Assembly: GCA_032718475.1 (NCBI GenBank)
Contig: JAUCBJ010007661.1
Coordinates: forward strand, 1-49,741
DNA from: Nemertoderma westbladi
Taxonomy: Eukaryota > Animalia > Xenacoelomorpha
Direction: 5' to 3'
Length of the DNA stretch: 49,741 nt
Shown here: positions 35,691 through 46,942 of the stretch, piece by piece
Position numbering within the stretch: position 1 is the first letter of the stretch
Layout: the number at the start of each line of letters is the position of its first letter
Notes under the pieces: model-generated
What the model saw: only the letters and a program-made list of their open reading frames with translations
Databases searched by the model: none
What the model was told of the DNA's origin: nothing
Translations under genes and position numbers: made by a program

Positions 35691-36502
35691 GGGGGGGAGA
35701 TAATATCTATAAAAAATATGGAACAGTAATAAAAAAAATTCTCCATAAGTCAATAATATAATGTTTGTGTTTCTGTTGAATTAAAAGTGCAAAGTTCAGG
35801 CAGGGAGTGGTATGATAGCAATTATTACTTCCTTATTGTTTTATGTAAGTAAAGCCATCAATTAGGCAGTTTATATTAAATATAGATATATATATATTGA
35901 GAAAGTGATTCACCGACTGTGACTGGTACTTCTTACTATCTGGGATGGGGTTGCTATTGCTGTAACATGTAAACATTTGAAATTTATCAAATTATACCAT
36001 GAATTAGTAATGCTTTATACTTCTATACTGTACCATAAATCATTAAGGAACCTATAGCGTATTTGTTACTATTGTCAAGGCCGACTCAGTGGTTTATTGA
36101 GCATTTTTAGTTCGAATAATTTCTAGAAATTCATTGCTACAAAATTTATGTAAGAATTTATTTAGGAAAGTTAAAACATAACATATAAAATAAAAAAATA
36201 CTAAAATAATATTGAAAAAATATCATAAATTCGAACCAGAACCCTGTACCTGCATGAAAAAGCAGGGTCAAATTTTGAAAATATAATTCTATAAATTAGC
36301 AGTGGTGTGACATGAATGTTCTAGAAATTAAATTTGCATATTTAATTCTAGATTAAGATTTGGGAACAATTTATGTAAAACTTAAAAACTAAGTAGGTAA
36401 GGCCTGCGACACTATCACACTTTAAAATAACAAATGAAATTATTCAAATGATGAAATCTAACTCTTGAACATTCATATCTATGATGTATACGTTGTTCCA
36501 AC

Positions 36503-37656
36503 GTAACGCATTAGTATCATGTGCTAACGTGTTACGTACGTTCTTACGCATTAGTATCATGTGCTAACGTGTTACGTACGTTCTAACGCATTAGTATCAT
36601 GTGCTAACGTGTTACGAACGTTCTAACGCATTGGTATCATGTGCTAACGTGTTACGTACGTTCTAACGCATTAGTATCACGTGCTAACGTGTTACGTACG
36701 TTCTAACGCATTAGTATCATGTGCTAACGTGTTACGTAAGTTCTAACGCATTAGTATCATGTGCTAACGTGTTACGTACGTTCTAACGCTTTAGTATCAT
36801 GTGCTAACGTGTTACGAACGTTCTAACGCATTAGTATCATGTGCTAACGTGTTACGTACGTTCTAACGCATTAGTATCATGTGCTAACGTGTTACGTACG
36901 TTCTAACGCATTAGTATCATGTGCTAACGTATTAGGTACGTTCTAACGCATTAGTATCATGTGCTAACGTGTTACGTACGTTCTAACGCATTAGTATCAT
37001 GTGCTAACGTGTTACGTACGTTCTAACGCATTAGTATCATGTGCTAACGTGTTACGTACGTTCTAACGCATTAGTATCATGTGCTAACGTATTAGGTACG
37101 TTCTAACGCATTAGTATAATGTGCTAACGTGTTACGTACGTTCTAACGCATTAGTATCATGTGCTAACGTGTTACGTACGTTCTAACGCATTAGTATCAT
37201 GTGCTAACGTGTTACGTACGTTCTAACGCATTAGTATCATGTGCTAACGTGTTACGTACGTTCTAACGCATTGGTATCATGTGCTAACGTGTTACGAACG
37301 TTCTAACGCATTAGTATCATGTGCTAACGTGTTACGTACGTTCTAACGCATTAGTATCATGTGCTAACGTGTTACGTAAGTTCTAACGCATTAGTATCAT
37401 GTGCTAACGTGTTACGTACGTTCTAACGCATTAGTATCATGTGCTAACGTGTTACGTAAGTTCTAACGCATTAGTATCATGTGCTAACGTGTTACGTAAG
37501 TTCTAACGCATTAGTATCATGTGCTAACGTGTTACGTACGTTCTAACGCATTAGTATCATGTGCTAACGTGTTACGTACGTTCTAACGCATTAGTATCAT
37601 GTGCTAACGTGTTACGTACGTTCTAACGCATTAGTATCATGTGCTAACGTGTTACT
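36503..37656. repeat. 40-bp satellite, about 29 copies
   Basis: Unit taacgcattagtatcatgtgctaacgtgttacgtacgttc; highly homogeneous, no spacers. Confidence 0.98.
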
Positions 37657-38009
37657 AAAAAAATATTGCTCTTCACAAAAATCCCATTAGGGGCTCAGTA
37701 ACTTTAAAATTGCACGGTTCAGCACTCTGCTGCCGGACTATAAGATTTCTATAAACATTAGAGGAGGGTAGCCTACACGTATCCGAATTTATATAAACAT
37801 TAGGAGGGTAGCTACACGTATCCGAATTTATAAAATGAAAAGCCTGGTTCGCAGATACAATTCACGGTGACAGTGACGGCATTGCGTCGCATTTTGAATG
37901 CATCGCCACTTTGACATCGCTGTCACCGAATTCAAACTTTGCTCTAACCAAAAATCAAAACGTTGTGATTGACAAGCATTGCCATTCCAGACGATCTCAC
38001 AGCCCTGCG

Positions 38010-39513
38010 GATTTCAGGTCAAAATGTCGAAAGAGTCAAATTGTCGAACAGGTCAAAATGTCGAAAGAGTCAAGTTGTCGAACAGCCATGTCAAATTATC
38101 GAAAAAGCTTTCGACACAGACATGCCAAATTGTCGAAAGAGACATGCCAAATTGTCGAAAGAGACATGCCAAATTGTTAGAAATAGCCGGAAGCATCCAA
38201 GAGAAGCGTTCGATAGAGCCCTGCAAACTGTCGATATTAAGTACCAGGAGTATGGAGGACAGGTAGCTGCCGAAATTAAGGGGAAACCATCTGCTGGGTA
38301 CGGCTTCGACTCAAAACGCCGGTCATTAAGCAGAAACCGAGTGCATGGTGTGGTGGGTGGAGAGCCCCATGTTTTAGGATACGCTCTGATGAAGGGACAA
38401 TCGGAAGGAAGCTACATCAGGACGTTTACTGCTTTAAGATATAACATTTATCATCTTTGCGGTGAAGGTGGCAGACTTAATACAGCTAAGTGGCTTTTCG
38501 ATTTCGAACTTGCAGTAATGAATGCTTGCAATATAGTTTTCCCAATGGTGACCATGTTAGGTTGCGCTTTTCATTTCGCTAAGGCCATAAACGAGAAGCG
38601 AGACAGTCTTGGCCTCAAAGGTGTTTGTGTTGAAGATACAGCAGAGGGTAAAACTGTAAAGTATTGGTTCAAAGAGATTCGTTCTTTACCATTCCTTCCT
38701 GATGGGTATCGCTATCAGGTTGCCTATACTCTGATCAACGAACAGCTACCAAACCTGTCCGCTTTAACAGCCAATAAAGTTTTCCAATTTCGACAATATT
38801 TCATTGGATTTTGGCTTCGGCAGGATGTATTCATCAGAAGGGGACAGTTCGGAAATACCGGCCCTAGGACCAGCAACTGTGCTGAAGGTTTCCACAATGG
38901 GCTTCATTCCCGGCTCACCAGCCTCCATCCGTGCCTTGGAGAGATCCTGGAATTTTTCCAGTTAAATCAACATACTTCCCAGCAGCGCATGAAGGCCTTG
39001 CTAGAACCGAATACTATTGCTGTTCCCAAACCAAAGTCTCCACATATCTAGATACGGGACCAACGCTTGGTTGAGGAGATGGGGCGATTCGCAAACTATA
39101 TGGCTACATGGCCTAATAACATTTATTATAATAACTGTAAGATGTACATGCGTTGTTTGATGGTCATTGGACTGGTACCCCAGGCTTTAGAGGGGTAATG
39201 CCCAATGGTCAGCTAGTCAAGATAACTCTTACTGTATAGGCCTATATTGCCCATTGCTATTGAGATATTATACACAATTCGTTAGCCATATCAATTATCA
39301 GGTTTCAAATTTCTCAGGTTCAACAATTTAGTATCAAAATTCAAAAGTATCTAAAAAAGGATAAACGCCATATTGTCGAAAGGGGTGCGCCATATTGTCG
39401 AAAAAAAATTCGACATTTTGACATGCACAAAAACTTTTTCGACAATTTGACTCTACTTTTCGACAATTTGTCTCTTTCGACATTTTGGCTCTTTCGACAT
39501 TTTGACCATAAGC
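38010..39513 (+). mobile_element. MULE/MuDR DNA transposon, internally deleted
   Basis: TIRs ggtcaaaatgtcgaaagag.../...ctctttcgacattttgacc with subterminal tgtcgaaa repeats. cagccctgcg is duplicated at 38000-38009 and 39514-39523 (TSD 8-10 bp depending on where the end is placed). Confidence 0.92.
38180..39198 (+). pseudogene. MULE transposase remnant
   Basis: YALM...SY...F, DFELAVMNA, GCAFHFAKAI (CxxH) and RTSNCAEGFHN. The first catalytic Asp region is missing, and there is an in-frame stop at 39049-39051. Confidence 0.88.
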
Positions 39514-40249
39514 CAGCCCTGCGCTGTCACCACGGTGAAGTACAGTATTTGTGAACAGAGCCGTCTTGAGGCCTGTACCAACTCCCAACTCTCTTCTACT
39601 GTACCACTTATTGTGTTACTCAATGCAGCTTTATAATGCCTCTGGTGACCCATAAACATTTTAATGTATTAAGCTTACTGCAGTATAGGTTAGGCACACC
39701 GGTACAGGCTGATAGTATGAGCTTTAAAATTGGTTCCAGTTTCAAGTTAATAACATACAATATAACTGTACAGAAGGCCTAACACTGAACTACTGGTAGG
39801 CCTACCGGGTACCTGACATTCGCCTGTTCTGTAGGCCTATATAGCAGTATAGGGGGCAGTGGCGGTATGGCTAATGTCGCGTCACGGAAAGTCGCGTTTC
39901 GGCTAATTTTCAGAGTAGCCGTAACGCGACTTTGAAAGTCGTGGTACGGCTACTGAAAAAGTCGCGTTACGGCTATGTCTTGGTTTTACATAGGGAATTA
40001 TTATCAATATTATTCTATGGTGTTTACGTACAGATGAGAAAGGTCCGAAAAATGTAATGTAATTCAAATGTTTTAAGGCATTGGAGTATCCAAGGGAGGG
40101 GGGATTTTAACCAAAAAAAATTAATTTATTAATTATTGTATTATAGGGCCTAATGTTTAATGGTTCCTCGATCAATCTGTCAGAAAATATTAAATTATTA
40201 TATTAAATATTATATATTAAATTATTATATAGGCCTAATTAAATTATAC

Positions 40250-41151
40250 AGCAAACCTGATCATATAATCGTTGATCTTAGACGGCGAATCGGTATCTGT
40301 TCTTCTGCGTTCCATCAGAAGGGATGGACAGTCAGACAATACCTTCTTGATGTTGTCAGTAAACTGTGGAACACAATAGCTGTCCCGTTCCTTTGCTACG
40401 GCATGGAGATCCAAGTTGGAAGTCTTTCCTTGTCGGACATAAAGCGGTTAGATTCTCAATACAGGAAATCTCTACGTGGTCTTCTTTATGCGGGAAATTA
40501 TATCAGTACTCAGACACTGGAAATTGTGTTTGGTAATGCTTGTACAGTATCTCAACTACTGTACTGCCTTCAAGAGATTGGCCAATCTGATAGAGCGCAT
40601 TAAGTGTTACGCTAAATACGACCTTCAACATATGATGCGGTTTTTATGCTCGATAGGTCAATGGGATGGTTACCTAAATAATAATCTGTCTAGTATTGCA
40701 GCTTCTTATAGTAAGGGCAGGAAGTTATATGCGCTACCATCATTGTTTATCATATTTAATTTTGATTACTTTTACAAGAAACTGACACAGAGAATGTCAC
40801 CAGGTGCACCAAACATAAGTGATTGCTGTAGCGCGGATTTTCTCTTTATGTACTACTCCAATAATGGACTCAGTTTCAAAAGAAAACGTAAAATATTTTC
40901 CTCTTACTACAATAGAACTGATGAATAAATAATTAAGTCAATAAGACTTTTAGAGTAGTTGGCTTTTTAGTTTTAGGTTTAGTCACTTTTTAATTTAATA
41001 TTATGCAATGTGGCATTCTTTTAATCTCCTGGTCAATTCATAAGACCTTTTTTAAAACCATTTTTAATGTGTCAATTGTTAACTGTTAATTATAATAATA
41101 ATTAAATGCCAGCTCGACTGGTGCTGCGCGAATAAACTAAACTAAAAAAAA
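40250..41151 (+). mobile_element. Old 5'-truncated LINE 3' fragment
   Basis: KLWNTIAVPFLCYGMEI...LSDIKRLDSQYRKSLRGLL resembles a post-RT LINE C-terminus. Ends in aataaactaaactaaaaaaa. Confidence 0.6.
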
Positions 41152-41319
41152 CTATTGTTGTATTGAGTACCACAGTAAACAGTACCATAGGAATTTTGGT
41201 CGAAAGTATATCATAATTTTGCCGAAATATTGCACTTTAAATTTATCATTATAATAATCAAATAAAAAATATATAATACTAAAGCTCTTGAATTAGCCAG
41301 TCATCGCCCGTGTATGTCA

Positions 41320-41580
41320 CTTGGTTCGGTGGTGGGGTGGGTTGGAATTGTTCGGCCGCGAAGTGGTGGTTTGAGGGTGCGATGGTTTGGAATGGTTCGG
41401 CCGCGAAGTGGTGGTTTGAGGGTGGGATGGGTTGGAATGGTTCGGCCGCGAAGGGGTGTGGTGGTTCGGTGGTGGGGTGCATTGGAATGGTTCGGCCCCG
41501 AAGTGGTGGTTTGAGGGTGCGATGCTTTGGAATGGTTCGACCGCGAAGTGGTGGTTCGAGGGTGGGAATGGGTTGGAACC
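41320..41580. repeat. About 44-bp G-rich tandem repeat, ~6 copies
   Basis: gtggtggtttgagggtgNgatggNttggaatggttcggccgcgaa repeated. Confidence 0.85.
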
Positions 41581-42758
41581 CCTCCCAATGCAGCTGGACA
41601 TTCAACTGGGTGATCGGCGGCCGGAAGAACGGCCATTGCCTGCTTGTCAGTCCCCAGACAGAACGCAATATCGTCTAGGTAGCGAGCCAGAGCCAGGCGT
41701 TTGTTAACAACATCGATATGAAGTAGCGGAATATGTTCCATGAAACCATTCATTGCTTCTTTGGCTGCTATTATTGGCTGTAATCCGTATATGTGCTTAA
41801 GGCTGTGACTAAGAATACCATAGAATACAATAATTTATTGAAATATTGAATGTGAGGTTGTCAAAGAACATACAGTATGTAAGATGGTAAAATCGCCCCC
41901 CCCCCCCCCCCCCCCTCACCTCTTCTAAATACTTCCATGCTGTGAAACATTATTACATTACATTTTACGGACCTCATCTATACGTAAACTCCATAGAATA
42001 ATATTGATAATGATTCCCTATGTAAAACCAAGACAATAGATTAGCCGTAACGCGACAATTAGTCGTAACGCAACTTTTAGAGTCAGCCATACCGCGACTT
42101 TGAAAAGACGCGTAACGACTAATCTCCCAAAAACTTAGACGTAACGCGACAGTAGCCGTAACGCAACGACACCCTATATACTGTAGTACTGTACTTTACT
42201 ATCAATTTGCAATGCCACAACACTTACTGCATGGATGTTATTAATCGTAATTAATACACTACGAAAATCTATTTGCAATAACATTTTAGATAAATTAAAT
42301 ACCAGTAGGCCTACTCTGGCACCTACAAGCCCTCGGTACCAGTAGTGTGATCTTGGCGACGTTTGTTTATTATTGTTGATGCCTTTTTGCTACTTTAATT
42401 TGGAATAATTATTACAAACTCTTCCCACTATTTTTTTACTAGTGAAATGTTGTTGTTAGATGTAAAGATGATAAATTAATTCCTGGAATGGCATTTTAAC
42501 GAGAAAATTCGTAAATTGTGATATCAATTATGAGCGATGTTTTATTTCTTGAAAGAAAAAATATAAAATTTTTATTTAAAACATTTTAATTTTTATATTT
42601 TTAAGTAAACTCCGGCTCCCGCTCTGGTTCCGGCCAAATTCCAACTCCTATTGGGCTATTTATACCAGTAGGCCTACAGTATAGCATATAGCAGGTATTT
42701 TATAACTAATTCTGATACTTTTGTACTTGAAGATTAATTAACTAACTCAGATAAAACA

Positions 42759-44138
42759 ATGGCAGCTGCTCCATCGAATCGAAAAGGTGAAGATAATATA
42801 TTGCTGTTCGACCTCCAACATTTCCCGGATGGAGACAAGTTCCTGTACGCCGGTTCCGAGGGCGTCGTTGTTTGCGATGCAACGAACCTCGGAGTTATCG
42901 GGCGGTACAAAGATGAGGATAAGAGACGAATAAACCGATGCGCTATATCAAGTGATGCCAAGAGAGTCGCGGGAACTGTCTTTAGTGAGGACGGTGGGGG
43001 CGTAAATGTTTGGGATACGGAGAGTCGTGAGCTGTTGTTCCACGTCGCTCACAATAAACTCCGTATAAACTCGGAGTCTACAGAAACTATCGGTGGGCTC
43101 TCACCTTCTCCCCATCGGACCCCAACGTGTTCTCAACATGTTGTAATGATGGAACTTTATCCATCATTACAATAAATCCTTCCGGTACCGCAACAGGTAA
43201 TTTATTTACTCATAAAACTTGGGCGGCTCACAGTGACTGGGTAACCGACATTGTATTCTCTACAGATGGTTCTCAGATAGTTAGCGGTTCCAGCGATGGG
43301 ACCGCTAAACTCTGGGACCTCAAAGGGAACCTAATAAAGGTTCTTATGGAAGGGGAGAGGAGAGTCTGGTCGGTAGCGTTTAATACAGATGGTACTAAAC
43401 TGTTAATAGCGGGTGACGGGTTCACTAAATGTATTTCCTTTATAACCGGTGCGGAATTATGGGAACAGAGTGTAGATGGGTCGGAGGTTAAATGGGAACC
43501 TCAGGGTGGGAGGGTTGCTGTGTGGAGCTGGTTTATAGATGGTTCATCGTGTATAAGTATATTAGATGGAGAATGGGAGGGTAATAAAGAAGTTTGTGGG
43601 TCGGCCGGGTGGGGAGTGGAACTGGTTCCAATCTATTAACTTCCACCCAGAAGGGAATTACCTACTGATTGGTTATAGAAAGGGAACTATTATTAAAATT
43701 AATATAAACCAAACCGATCAGATAGAACATATTAATGTAGGAGAAGTTAGTGAGAAAATAAAAGGAGCAAAAAAATGGGAAGAAATAGGGAAATACGTTG
43801 GGAAGGTGGGTCCGTTAGGGGAAGAGATACAGACGGTAGTTAAGGGAATTATTGATGAAACAGTTAGAAATAAACTCACAGAGGGACAATACGAATTGGC
43901 TACTAAATTAGAATCAGAAGTTCTACTAATTTATTTATTAAGTAGATTTGTTATCACTGGGGATCAGATAGATATAATTAAAACACTTCCAGGTAGCATC
44001 GCACAAAATAATAAACTTATTGAATTCCTTAAGAAACGGCCCTACAAAGACTTTCTTACATTCTGTGACGGACTTAGGGAAACTAACCAAGAACACTTAG
44101 CTGAAATTATTGAAATAAAACCGCCTCTTCCTAAATAA
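42759..44138 (+). pseudogene. Intronless WD40-repeat protein with a C-terminal CARD (death-fold) domain; two frameshifts
   Basis: WD repeats such as AHSDWVTDIVFSTDGSQIVSGSSDGTAKLWD, VWSVAFNTDG and FQSINFHPEG. The C-terminus VLLIYLLSRFVITGDQIDII...QNNKLIEFLKKRPYKDFLTFCDGLRETNQEHLAEII fits a CARD. Frames shift at ~43090 and ~43569. Confidence 0.8.
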
Positions 44139-45184
44139 ACAAGTGAAATTAATTGAAATAAAGTTATAGGATGAAAAAAAGTATTGGAAAGAGGAACTTT
44201 TAATCTTTAGTTAAACTCACCGAATTTAAACTTTTTAGTTTGGGAAAATATAAATAAAGTTAAAAATTAAACGTTACGATTTATGGAAATACATTTAGTG
44301 CTGTTGTTATTAATTAGTTAATTAATAATTAGTCTACCATCCATTGTTGTGTGTTTGTAACATATATTGTGTTGTTATATATAGTTTCAGAATCTTTGAA
44401 TTATATTATTTAATTATCTTTTACAAATAGAATTACTTTTCTGTTTTATTAATCATTTCGTCTTAGAGATGAAACAGACAGGGGGGATTCGAGGCAATAA
44501 AAATACATCCCTCTCCAGGGGAAAATCTACGCAAATAACAGCTGATTACTCCCACAAATACAACTGTAATATGTGCTATTGTTTATTGTTTTGGTTATAA
44601 TAACGTGCCTCAGTAACCTGCTCCTGTAGGTGTCTCACCCCCTGTCTCAGCGAGAAAACATTGTCTATTAAATAATTAACTTTATTGTTAAACAATAATA
44701 GATTCTTTGGTTAAAAAGAGTTATTAATATATAATATACGTATAGACCCTATTGGTAATATAGTTATAAAATATATAGCCTTAGTAATTAATTATATACA
44801 ATTTAAATTAATTATTTGTTGGTAATTTGGTTGAAATTAAAATTAATCTTTTGACAGACAAACTGTTCGGTAAATTGTATTTTATAATTGTAGATTGGTT
44901 GGTTACCTGGGAACAGCTGTGCAGATTTACTAAACTGTTTAAGAGTCTAATTATTTTGTGCTTTTTGCATATTGTATTATATATCTGGATTTTAAATAAT
45001 TCGAGTTAATTTAAATATGTCGGTTTGGTCTGTTTCTAATAAGATTATTATATTTTATTTATAATATAAACCACATTAAATATTAATTAATTTCTATTAA
45101 TTACTCTTGATAAACATTAAATAAACTTCGTGACTTTATATACTTTTCTAGAAACAGTTAAATTTTCCCAAAATCTCTATAATC

Positions 45185-45420
45185 GGCGAGCTGCATTGCA
45201 GCTGCATTAAGAATGCTATGCCGGCTCTTCGACACTATTGCGGCGGCACAACTCTCTATCACGATGTTTTTCACGAGATTATATCCACTATTAAAAAGCA
45301 CAGTGTAGTGTCCTATACGAGGCGTATCAAGAATGTCATGGGCTGTCCAACATACTTATTGCTTATTCTCTAAATGTGGCCGCCAAGATGCACAAGTTTG
45401 TGTATCGGCCTATTGTGCCC
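45185..45420 (-). mobile_element. Diverged RTE family A 3' end
   Basis: gctgcattgcagctgcattaagaatgctatgccggc...cacaactctctatcac...gtcatgggctgtcca matches the other copies. Confidence 0.75.
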
Positions 45421-46053
45421 ATATCGGCCTGTATTTATAAGGAGAGACATGACCTCACACACCAAAACAATGTCCGTCCACACTTCTCAGTCATCCATAT
45501 GTATTAGGAAACCAGTTTCCAACGATATGGGTGCATTGCTTCTGCAAGGTAATACTTGTTTATAGCGACTGCATTTCGGCGATCTCATTTCCACTGCCCC
45601 TGCTCGCTCGCTCGACCTAGTAGTACTACTTGTATGCCTTCTAGGTGTAGGCCCGGCCCCTACTACCGGTGCTGTGGGAGAGAGTTCCTGGAAGTTTAGC
45701 TTCCTGATTCCTCCCAATTAGACATTATTAGATGCCCATAGTTGGGAGAAATATTCAGGCAGGAGACAGCAAACCCCAAGAGATTGGCCTCACGTCTGGT
45801 CATATATCAAATCCAATGCGCTGCTCAGGTGCAACATGTAGGATGCAGCACTTTGGCACTTCAATGTATTGCAGCATGCAGCTTAAAACCACATTGATAG
45901 TAAAGAAAATACCCTTGCCTTATTATTTCCAAACTTGAATTAGCTAATCAACGATGATTGGGGAATGGATAAGGGACTTAACATTAAAATGGTGTTACAG
46001 CACAATCAGTTAATTATTAACACCATGCCACGGAATGTAAATCAATGACACAA

Positions 46054-46084
<31 letters not shown>

Positions 46085-46285
46085 AAAAAATATTTATACA
46101 AATCGTAATGAGATTACATGAAATTTGAAACAGAGTTAGTTCCATCTCCCTCCTCCTCCGTGGGTGAGTCAGAATTGTTATTTTTGCTTTCAATCTTTTT
46201 TACAATCATCGTTTAAAAAACAGTGACTCCATCGATATTGCACCAGTGCCACCGCAGATATTCTTATACCTTATAGCTTATCAAT

Positions 46286-46942
46286 AATTCCAAATATGTA
46301 ACACAATCTGAATTTCGTTGAAAAATAGCTGAGATTGTGTGTTTCATGGTTGGTTATGCATCTGCACAAGGCTATTTTATTCCATTTAATACAGGCATCA
46401 TATATTCTGTAACATGTTGTTTATCCAATACGTAGCTGGGCAACAATGCAGTACATCATTAATCAAACTATTACGTTGCTATTCATACAATAACAAAATG
46501 TCCCAGAGTAAAGATGATGCATTTATTAAATATAATAAAATAGCCTCGCGTAGTCAAATTATTTTATTTATTTGTATGTAATTAATTTCGCACTTCCAAA
46601 ATCGCCAAGCCGACATATTTTCCATCTTTATATCGCAGTGCGACATTATTTCTCACTATGTCCCTACGCCATACATTTTACTATGTATTTCCAGTATATC
46701 CATTATGTCACCGCGACTTATTAGGTTGTTCTAGAAAGTTTAAGTGCATAACTACAAATAATTCTCCATAAATAAATAAAATTAGATTCGCCGTTGTTCA
46801 TAATTAGCTTTCCCTCGTTCGGCCTTACAGCTCGGCCCTCGGTTTATTATTTCCCTCGCTATGAACAATGACGTATATAGTTAATATCATTATCTCAGCT
46901 ATTTCCCAACCAAATTCAAATATTTTTACATTATTTGGAATC
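46286..46942. mobile_element. Possible old MITE
   Basis: attccaaatatgtaa...gaatttcgttgaaaaatagctgagat (~46286-46336) is imperfectly inverted at ~46892-46941. Internal hairpin at ~46780-46880. Confidence 0.45.

Larger units (their letters stand above)
39852..42174. mobile_element. Non-autonomous TIR element with ~270-bp inverted ends, TA/TATA flanks and internal cargo
   Basis: gtcttggttttacatagggaattattatcaatattattctatgg (39976-40020) is inverted at 41991-42035. Both arms carry gtcgcgttacggcta subterminal repeats. Ends are tata|GGG and CCC|tata. Confidence 0.8.
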
